IMG/VR virus record: IMGVR_UViG_3300030098_001779
Location: 1-64,000 of that record
DNA: 64,000 nucleotides
Reading direction: 5' to 3' (one strand)
Origin: a virus
Part shown: positions 9,324 through 16,246 of the stretch, one piece after another
Numbering within the stretch: position 1 is the first letter of the stretch
Layout of the letters: every line of letters starts with the position of its first letter
Program-made: the position numbers and the translations under genes
The notes under the pieces: generated by a model
The model's input: the letters and a program-made list of their open reading frames with translations, nothing else
Told to the model about the DNA's origin: nothing
Databases searched by the model: none

Positions 9324-9806
9324 ATGATAATGGCAAATAAGCTAAAGATCAGAAAAGCTGATGATTGGCACTATAATCTAGGATTTGAGGTAAATTCTAT
9401 GAATACTGTACAGAAATCAGACAATAAGTACATAAAAGTAAGCGATTTGACTAATGGTACGATATTTAGAGGTAGAACAATTCCTAGTAGGATTGTATGC
9501 TTTTATAATATAAAACCACTAGAAATATCGTGGAAATATGATACTGCTAAAAAGCAAGAAGAATGTAGTGGGAGAAGTGATTATTGTTATCTAGTTAGAG
9601 ATGATTATTACTGTCCTAGTGGGTTCTATCTATGCTTACCTCATAATAATATAGTGGATTGGAGAGTATCAGGATTGGATCATTACTTTCTTTCCCCACA
9701 GGAATTTGAGGAAGATCACAAGATGACAATGCAAGAATATGGTGTTATTCAAAAAGAAGAACACATGAATTCTTACAATGCAGTTAAATCAAAACTAGGG
9801 TATTGA
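9324..9806 (+). CDS. Hypothetical protein
   Basis: 160 aa. Confidence 0.75.
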   Translation: MIMANKLKIRKADDWHYNLGFEVNSMNTVQKSDNKYIKVSDLTNGTIFRGRTIPSRIVCFYNIKPLEISWKYDTAKKQEECSGRSDYCYLVRDDYYCPSGFYLCLPHNNIVDWRVSGLDHYFLSPQEFEEDHKMTMQEYGVIQKEEHMNSYNAVKSKLGY

Positions 9807-9832
9807 CAATGGTACTTTGATTATGATATAAT
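9803..9832 (+). promoter_or_regulatory. sigma70-type early promoter
   Basis: TTGACA-N18-TATAAT. Confidence 0.8.
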
Positions 9833-9862
9833 ATAATTATAAAGATAAGTAAAGGATCAAAA

Positions 9863-9997
9863 GTGAGAACACTAGAAGAAATAAATAAAGGTTGTACTAA
9901 CTGTACAATACCTGAAATAATGTTATGTTCTAAATGCAGAGCAGAGCATAAAAGAACCTTAGCAAAGCTATATAGCCAAGCTAAAATATATAATTAA
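9863..9997 (+). CDS. Small Zn-finger-like peptide (44 aa, not in ORF track)
   Basis: GTG start after AAGGA; CTNC...CSKC. Confidence 0.55.
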   Translation: MRTLEEINKGCTNCTIPEIMLCSKCRAEHKRTLAKLYSQAKIYN

Positions 9998-10002
9998 TCC
10001 TG

Positions 10003-10045
10003 AATAGAGGGTTAGGTTTTATGGTTTTTTCCCTAACTCTCTATT
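10003..10045 (+). terminator. Hairpin at the convergence of the + and - early regions
   Basis: 14-bp stem AATAGAGGGTTAGG/CCTAACTCTCTATT. Confidence 0.6.
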
Positions 10046-10133
10046 ATATCATAAACCACCACCCCCTGTCAAGTACCCCTATATACGATATATCAATAAC
10101 TCCTATTAAATATATTGCTATATAAAAAATTTT

Positions 10134-10245
10134 AGGGAAGTAAGGAGGGGTATATATGGAAGGGAAGGAGAGGAAGAAGGGGTTAGGATACAGGAAGGAA
10201 GGGAGAGGAAAGGCGAGGAAAGGGAAAGGAAGGAAGGGGAGAAAG
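10134..10245 (+). repeat. Polypurine GGAAGG-like tract
   Basis: ~110 nt, mostly G/A, ending at a half site of the motif; a second tract at 10907-10954. Confidence 0.8.
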
Positions 10246-10274
10246 CCGCATAACTCCCACCCCTAGAGGACTGC

Positions 10275-10784
10275 TTAAAAACAGTCCCCTTTGGTGTCAT
10301 CAAAGATATTATTTTCTCCACTTATGTATCTCTGGTAATTCTTGTATGCTTGTTGTAATCCCCATTCATACTCCATACCCATTCCAAACGATCTTTTAAA
10401 CCAGATGTGGTCAAAGTCGTATACATCATCAACAACAATTTCACCAACTGTTGAAAACCATTGGGCAAGGTGTGGAGAAATGGCAAAATGTTGCATTACA
10501 TCACCTTGTTTCCACTCAATCAGCTCCTGTTTATATTCATCTTCTAATTGGTCTAGAGTCAAGACAGGATCAAAATTGTTCCTGAAGTCTTCCATGTCTT
10601 CGGAGGTGATAGCGTTTTGAGTAGCAATCCAAAGTTTTTCATGGGGTTCTTGTGTGTCATCTTGATACCAAATATCCATAACTTGATTTACAAGGTGATA
10701 AACATTATTATCAATCCATTTTTTAAAGTCTTGATCTTGTGCTAAATCTGTTTTTTGTTGTGTCATTTTAATGCCTTTCTGCAT
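10275..10784 (-). CDS. Hypothetical cassette protein (likely start 10766)
   Basis: Own promoter 10808-10837 (TTGACA-N18-TATTAT). Confidence 0.75.
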   Translation of the reverse strand: MQKGIKMTQQKTDLAQDQDFKKWIDNNVYHLVNQVMDIWYQDDTQEPHEKLWIATQNAITSEDMEDFRNNFDPVLTLDQLEDEYKQELIEWKQGDVMQHFAISPHLAQWFSTVGEIVVDDVYDFDHIWFKRSFGMGMEYEWGLQQAYKNYQRYISGENNIFDDTKGDCF

Positions 10785-10979
10785 TGGTTTATTTATTAAC
10801 TAATCTCATAATATCACATTTAACAGTTCTGTGTCAATATGTCAATATAGCGATATATCTATAACTCCACCTACTATCATTATATCATATATGGAAGGGG
10901 TGTGTCAAGAGGGAAGCAAGGGAAAAGGAGAGTAAAGGAAGGAAGGACAAGGGGTGCCATAACTCCCCAGAGGGGAGGA

Positions 10980-11249
10980 CTATGCCTCCCACTCTGCCTG
11001 TTCCTTTCTTGCATATTCAAGGTCATCCTCTAGAAGTTCTTCTAGTTGCTCCCATGAAATCCATCCCATGTAAACCATTTCTTGGATAAGAGCTGGTTTT
11101 AATCCATTTACTGGAACTAGATCTTCGTCATATTCTCCGATATGAGAAGTAATATCTACGAAGGGGTGATTTCCTTCAAATGAGTCAGCAAACTCAATTA
11201 GGTCGTTTATACTTATATTCAATTGTAGGTTTAAAAATTCCTTATTCAT
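10980..11249 (-). CDS. Acidic hypothetical cassette protein
   Basis: 89 aa; promoter 11292-11321. Confidence 0.75.
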   Translation of the reverse strand: MNKEFLNLQLNISINDLIEFADSFEGNHPFVDITSHIGEYDEDLVPVNGLKPALIQEMVYMGWISWEQLEELLEDDLEYARKEQAEWEA

Positions 11250-11407
11250 TTTTAATTCCCTTTTTGTTTTTTTATTTATTTCTTATATATAATAGTAGCA
11301 TATTTTTCCTAAATGTGTCAACAACTGATATATCGTATAACTCCAATAAAATGCGGGGGGACAGGGGAAAAATTGAAAAACCCTGTCCATGTGTCCCCTA
11401 GTTTAGT

Positions 11408-11638
11408 TTATATAGCCAATTTTCTTTGCTCTTTTTCTTCTTCCCAGATCACGCTTTCTACTGCATCTCTGAACCTTTGCTCATCAAATCGGGGATTATC
11501 TTCTCTGAAAACTTCACACATTGATTGGTATAAACTATCAGCATCAATGTAATGATATCCTTTTTCTCTAGCATCTCCCATAAATCTAATGCTTTTCTTC
11601 CACACTCCAACGAATTTTATGTAATCTTTCTTAGTCAT
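11408..11638 (-). CDS. Hypothetical cassette protein (MTKKDY...NPRFDEQRF)
   Basis: AGGAG RBS before ATG 11638; promoter 11668-11697. Confidence 0.75.
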   Translation of the reverse strand: MTKKDYIKFVGVWKKSIRFMGDAREKGYHYIDADSLYQSMCEVFREDNPRFDEQRFRDAVESVIWEEEKEQRKLAI

Positions 11639-11744
11639 TTTTCTCCTTTGTTTTTCCTTATATACATATAATAACATATTTCTTATAGGTAATGCAATAG
11701 TACCGCTACCATGATATATCACATAACTCCCAAAAAATTTAGTT

Positions 11745-12058
11745 CAACAGGCGTGGCAAGGGTGTCAGATGAATGAGAACTCACTTTCAAACTTAGCCTT
11801 ACGATTTGAGGTGTAATCGTGATACATCAGGCTCAACACTGGCTTTCCTTATACCATTCCTAGGATATGGTGGAAGCATCAGGTGATACATCTGGCTCAA
11901 CGTCATTGACCACAGGGATCTGCAAGATACTCTATCTCTATTCTTTTTCTGAACTCGCATTAGAAGTCCATCATGATTAAGTACAACTAATAATTTTCGT
12001 AACCCTTAAAGTTTCTGTTTAGGTTGCGATCCTAAGAGCCTACTAACCACGCCTACTA
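11745..12058 (-). ncRNA. Candidate structured ncRNA (~310 nt) occupying a cassette slot
   Basis: Promoter 12156-12185 with no ORF of 60 aa or more downstream; 12-bp terminal stem; two 19-nt direct repeats. Confidence 0.55.
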
Positions 12059-12214
12059 TATTGTTAAACACAAGATTGATGATCGGTTGTTATAGATCAT
12101 TTCTGTCCACATTCCCTACTTCGTTGTATTTCTACTTCCTCAACCTTGTAATATAAGTATACCATATTTAATAAACCCATGTCAATACTGATATATCATA
12201 ACTCCCCACCCCTA

Positions 12215-12244
12215 TTGACTCAACTATTTTAAAAATGCTATAAT
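12215..12244 (+). promoter_or_regulatory. sigma70-type promoter of the inverted cassette
   Basis: TTGACT-N18-TATAAT. Confidence 0.75.
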
Positions 12245-12282
12245 ATTAGAGTAAATAAAAAACAAGTAGATAAGGACTACTA

Positions 12283-12531
12283 ATGAATTCAATAGAACCA
12301 AATGATATCAAGAAGGGTGATATCGGATACTTAAAAAATGGGTGGAAGTTTGAAATGATGGATAACAAGAAGGGTAATATCAGAATGGCAATGGTACATG
12401 GCGACTTCCCTGAAATGGGTAGCATCTATACCCATGATATAGCCTTCATTGAAAAAGATGGCGATGATGTTCCTGTTAATGCTTCACGCTATGAGAAGCA
12501 AACAACTATGATTAGAAATTTAGGTTTCTAG
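12283..12531 (+). CDS. Hypothetical protein (inverted cassette)
   Basis: 82 aa, AAGGA RBS. Confidence 0.75.
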   Translation: MNSIEPNDIKKGDIGYLKNGWKFEMMDNKKGNIRMAMVHGDFPEMGSIYTHDIAFIEKDGDDVPVNASRYEKQTTMIRNLGF

Positions 12532-12621
12532 TCTATGGAATATATATTACTCATAGGAATTTTTCTATGGTGGCTCTCTTTATAAGAGCCACTATGGAGT
12601 TATGTGATATATCAGCACACC

Positions 12622-12843
12622 CTAGTTAATGGGTATATAGAAATCCATATTTCCAGAGTTCTCCTCACCTCCCACAATACTGATGAAATCCCTTTGCGTG
12701 GGATCCTCAACATCAAAAGGGTGTGGCTCTACCCAGTAGCAATAACCACAGATAACCACTTCATCACCCTGTACATCAGCCACCAATCCCCAAGATGATA
12801 TTTGATTGATTATTAAGTTGCAGAAGTTACATTCTTTATCCAT
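12622..12843 (-). CDS. Small Zn-ribbon-like protein
   Basis: CNFC...CGYC; AGGAG RBS. Confidence 0.7.
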   Translation of the reverse strand: MDKECNFCNLIINQISSWGLVADVQGDEVVICGYCYWVEPHPFDVEDPTQRDFISIVGGEENSGNMDFYIPIN

Positions 12844-12991
12844 TTTTTTAAATCTCCTTAAATCGTTTTGCCTGTATTTTTTACAGAGCTCAATTTAATA
12901 ATACCAAAGTTAAAATAAATGTAAAGAGTGGCGGCACCCTGATATATCATATAACTCCCCAATATATATCATTTCAACTGGGGATTAGATT

Positions 12992-13240
12992 TTACCAATC
13001 TATAGTATTAATACCGAATTCAGCATATCCTTTTTCAATATTTTCATCAGGATCATCTTCATGATCTAAACTTATTGGCAGTACAACTGCAGAGTCTGGT
13101 ATTGGTTGTCCATAATCATCAGTAACATCAGACGCATTTAAACAATCTAAAAGATTTTTTTCATCTATATCTTCTTTAGACCATAACGCTAAATTCTGTA
13201 ATTCATGTTCAACTTGTGCATTTTTTATTTCATTTAACAT
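12992..13240 (-). CDS. Acidic hypothetical cassette protein
   Basis: AAGGAGGTG RBS; promoter 13265-13292. Confidence 0.75.
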   Translation of the reverse strand: MLNEIKNAQVEHELQNLALWSKEDIDEKNLLDCLNASDVTDDYGQPIPDSAVVLPISLDHEDDPDENIEKGYAEFGINTIDW

Positions 13241-13338
13241 TTTTTTATCACCTCCTTTAATATAAGTATATCATAGGTAGGTAATATGTCAAAGACTGAT
13301 ATATCATATAACTCCCCGAAAAAATCGGGGGGTAGTGG

Positions 13339-13560
13339 CTAGTCCATGTATTGATTAGTTACATGCCCTAAAGGACTATCAGTAGTTAATCCTTGAACAC
13401 CTTCATCAAATGCGATGAAAACTTTTTTCCAAAGTTGCCCACTATCAGAGTAGAAATATTCATCTCCCTCTGCTTTAATGCCATTTTCTATTATGGCTTG
13501 TGCTAAATCTCTGTATCCTTCATTGATTGCCATTTCTTTATTTATTTCTGCGTAAGACAT
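13339..13560 (-). CDS. Hypothetical cassette protein
   Basis: AGGAG RBS. Confidence 0.75.
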   Translation of the reverse strand: MSYAEINKEMAINEGYRDLAQAIIENGIKAEGDEYFYSDSGQLWKKVFIAFDEGVQGLTTDSPLGHVTNQYMD

Positions 13561-13755
13561 TTTTTTCTCCTATTGGTTGTTTATTTAACTTACATTTATA
13601 AGTATACCAGAATATAAAAATTATACAATAGCAATTTTATACCGATATATCATATAACTCCAAAAAAATGGGGTGGTGGCTGAAATAATCCCGATCCTAT
13701 GTTTCTGATGATCGGTTATAGTGTCTTCCACTTTTTCAGCCATTACCCTTTTATA

Positions 13756-13884
13756 TTATTGTTGAGGTATATTTTCTTCTTCTAAAAGTTTTCTCCACTG
13801 CTCTCTGATTTTTGCTTGTTCAGGTGTCAAGATTTTTTCATCTGTTCCCTCGTTTAGCAAATCTTCAAAACTTTTCTCTTTCAT
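13756..13884 (-). CDS. Small protein (42 aa, not in ORF track)
   Basis: MKEKSFEDLL...; ATGA overlap with the upstream ORF. Confidence 0.55.
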   Translation of the reverse strand: MKEKSFEDLLNEGTDEKILTPEQAKIREQWRKLLEEENIPQQ

Positions 13885-14012
13885 TTTTTATTCCTTTTTA
13901 ACTCGTTTTTATATTTTTGTATTGCCTCTTTTTTAGAGTAATAGTAATAAATTCGTCTTCCTATATCTCCGAAAATTACTAACGCTCCTTCTCTGTTTTT
14001 TTCTATAATCAT
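13881..14012 (-). CDS. Small protein (43 aa, not in ORF track)
   Basis: MIIEKNREGALVIFG...; AAGGA RBS. Confidence 0.6.
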   Translation of the reverse strand: MIIEKNREGALVIFGDIGRRIYYYYSKKEAIQKYKNELKRNKK

Positions 14013-14022
14013 TTTTTCCTTT

Positions 14023-14181
14023 CTATCTTCTTGGGTTCTGTCGTTCCAATGTCTGTTTTACTATTAATCTTTTAATTTGGTTTTTAGTTAATCCTTTTGG
14101 CTTTGCTTTTGAACCTTTCACAACTGTGATACATTCTCCATTCTTGCCACTTGGTTTTACTTCTAATTTTATTCTAGCCAT
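14023..14181 (-). CDS. Small basic protein (52 aa, not in ORF track)
   Basis: MARIKLEVKPSG...; AAGGA RBS, promoter 14214-14243. Confidence 0.6.
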   Translation of the reverse strand: MARIKLEVKPSGKNGECITVVKGSKAKPKGLTKNQIKRLIVKQTLERQNPRR

Positions 14182-14340
14182 TTTTTTCCTTTGTTTATTT
14201 ATTTGTTAATATAATAATAGCATATTTTCTTTAGGTGTGTCAACAAGGTATGTCCACATGATATATCATATAACTCCCACTTGGGTGGTGGTGGCAGTAG
14301 AGAAAAAATGAAAAAACTCTATCTGCCCCACTCTAGTTTA

Positions 14341-14583
14341 TTAAATAGCTTGTGCTAGATTTAATACTACCACTTCGGTTCTCTTTGACATTTCAAAGTG
14401 GTGGTCGCAACATATTAAACTATCACTTATTTCCTTTGGGTTTCGTTTAAAGATATCTGTGATTGAGAATTTCTTCTTATCAGGACAATCAAACCATTGT
14501 CGCCAATATCCTTTGTCTTTGTCTATTTCATAGTGAACATTCTCATTCTGCTCACCAAACTTAAATGTACCTTTAACCTTCAT
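14341..14583 (-). CDS. Hypothetical protein
   Basis: Promoter 14618-14647. Confidence 0.7.
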   Translation of the reverse strand: MKVKGTFKFGEQNENVHYEIDKDKGYWRQWFDCPDKKKFSITDIFKRNPKEISDSLICCDHHFEMSKRTEVVVLNLAQAI

Positions 14584-14650
14584 CTTTATTCCTTTGCTAG
14601 TTTTCTTATCTACTTATATTATATCATATATAGTGGTGGCTTGTCAAGGG

Positions 14651-14851
14651 TTAATACTCATCGTCCCATGCTTTCTCAAACATCATCTCATTAACCTCAT
14701 CTAGGTTCACAAACAACTCTCTCCATAGGTTTTCAGTTTTCCTACTCTCCCAACCCTCATTCCGAGTGTCATTGAGTTCCTTCACTAAGTCAATAACCAT
14801 AGTGTCAAATATAGTTTTTCTATATTGTTTAGTTTCTTTACAGTAATTCAT
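14651..14851 (-). CDS. Hypothetical protein
   Basis: Promoter 14881-14910. Confidence 0.7.
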   Translation of the reverse strand: MNYCKETKQYRKTIFDTMVIDLVKELNDTRNEGWESRKTENLWRELFVNLDEVNEMMFEKAWDDEY

Positions 14852-15432
14852 TTTTACCCCTTATAATAGTTACTAATAACATTATATCACATTTGATATA
14901 GCCATGTCAACAATAACCCCCTATTGTGCTATTTTAGGTGCTAGTTTTAGCTAATAAAGGGGTTCTTAAAAAAAATACTAATTTTTTAAAAAATGGCTTT
15001 TTGAAGGGTGGGGGGTCTAATATTTGAAAAAACGGAAAGGGTCCCATGTACAGGGCTAATTTTTTTAAAAATAAAAATTTGTAGAAAACGGCGTTTAGCT
15101 CTATGCTAGGTTGGCGTTTTAAATAAAATGTATTATTGCAGATACTATTATAGCTAACAATACTGCTAATCCTATTCTAGTCACTATACTTGAGCTAAAT
15201 AGTAAACAACTAATTCGTTGGATGCTTTGTAACTGGGGTGGTAGTAATCATCTTCAATGTGGATTACATCTTCTAATCTATAGGATTCTGATCTTGTGAA
15301 TAATGCTTTTAAGAATTTAGTCAATTAAACCTCCTTTACTAATTCTTTCTATGTATATTATATCATATCAAGGGGTGGGATTTCAATATGTTGTATTACA
15401 TAAATGTTAACAATGTATTAAGTATAGGAGGG

Positions 15433-15462
15433 TTGACTCAGCTATCAAGGTTGTGCTATAAT
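15433..15462 (+). promoter_or_regulatory. sigma70-type promoter, divergent from one at ~15357-15386
   Basis: TTGACT-N18-TATAAT. Confidence 0.65.
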
Positions 15463-15576
15463 ATACTATATATAATATATATAATAGAAAAGGATAGTAT
15501 AGTATGATTAGAAATATATTTATTACTTTAGTAGTATATCTAACATTTATCTGGTTAGTCTTAGCAGGACTACTGA

Positions 15577-15801
15577 TTGAGTAGATTAGTGCTACTATTG
15601 TTCCTAGTGTCAGTATGCATATTATCACTGCCCGACCTAGTTAACTTAGAAAAGCACTCAGATGATTTTGCACAGATGGCATGGAATAGGATCAAGCGTG
15701 ATATATTTCGTGAGTCGCCTTCGGCTCCTCAAAAGTATGTGGGATTGCCGCCGCCGACCATTACCCGTGACTCCGTGACACAAGTGATAGGAAATTCTTA
15801 A
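15577..15801 (+). CDS. Possible small membrane/secreted protein
   Basis: TTG start after AGGA; hydrophobic N-terminus. Confidence 0.4.
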   Translation: MSRLVLLLFLVSVCILSLPDLVNLEKHSDDFAQMAWNRIKRDIFRESPSAPQKYVGLPPPTITRDSVTQVIGNS

Positions 15802-15815
15802 AAAGATAGTATAAT
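15790..15815 (+). promoter_or_regulatory. Putative phage late promoter
   Basis: GGAAA-N13-AGTATAAT, recurring before late operons. Confidence 0.6.
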
Positions 15816-15820
15816 AGTAT

Positions 15821-16243
15821 ATGTATACATACAAATGCACAGTTACAAAAATTATTGATGGTGACACAATCGATGTGGACATCAATTTAGGATTTGACGT
15901 TGTTCTGACTAAACAGAGAATAAGGTTGATGGGTATTGACACGCCAGAATCTAGAACTCGTAACTTAGAAGAAAAAGAACGAGGACTATTATCTAAAGCA
16001 TATATGGAAAACAAATGCCCTGTAGGTTCTAGTATTACTTTAAAATCTCTAGACAGAGGTAAGTTTGGTAGAATATTAGGAGAGATATGGGAAGCAGATG
16101 TAGATTCCACGACTGTTGAACCTTTAAACAAGAGAATGATTACAGATGGGTTTGCAGTAGAATACTATGGTGGTAGTAAAGATGAACTTGAAGCCAAGCA
16201 TATGAAAAATAAAGAAATACTAATCGCAAAAGGATTACTATAA
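15821..16243 (+). CDS. Thermonuclease (SNase-family) nuclease
   Basis: IIDGDTIDV, RIRLMGIDTPESR, GKFGRILG motifs. Confidence 0.9.
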   Translation: MYTYKCTVTKIIDGDTIDVDINLGFDVVLTKQRIRLMGIDTPESRTRNLEEKERGLLSKAYMENKCPVGSSITLKSLDRGKFGRILGEIWEADVDSTTVEPLNKRMITDGFAVEYYGGSKDELEAKHMKNKEILIAKGLL

Positions 16244-16246
16244 ACG

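Larger units (their letters stand above)
10087..14277. repeat. Dispersed motif GATATATC-N0-2-ATAACTCC (10 full copies plus 2 half sites)
   Basis: Copies at 10087, 10852, 11327, 11713, 12190, 12596 (inverted), 12941, 13298, 13644, 14260; half sites CATAACTCCC at 10249 and 10958. Confidence 0.9.

Noticed and set aside
10118-10321. 67-aa - strand ORF rich in S/P/F/L
   Set aside because: Translation of the polypurine tract complement; no RBS; overlaps a better ORF.
11639-11722. Upstream GTG start of ORF 11408, and ORF 12604, initiating inside the repeat motif
   Set aside because: The apparent start codon is not conserved among motif copies (ATG, GTG, ACG, TTG, none). The real RBS and promoter lie downstream.
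13671-13748. Hammerhead ribozyme (CUGAUGA and GAAA present)
   Set aside because: The required stems I-III cannot be built around the core nucleotides.
10087-14277. CRISPR array or classical integron attC array
   Set aside because: Spacing is 300-770 bp and the intervals contain genes. There is no consistent RYYYAAC inverse core or attC-type pairing, and no cas or intI gene in the window.
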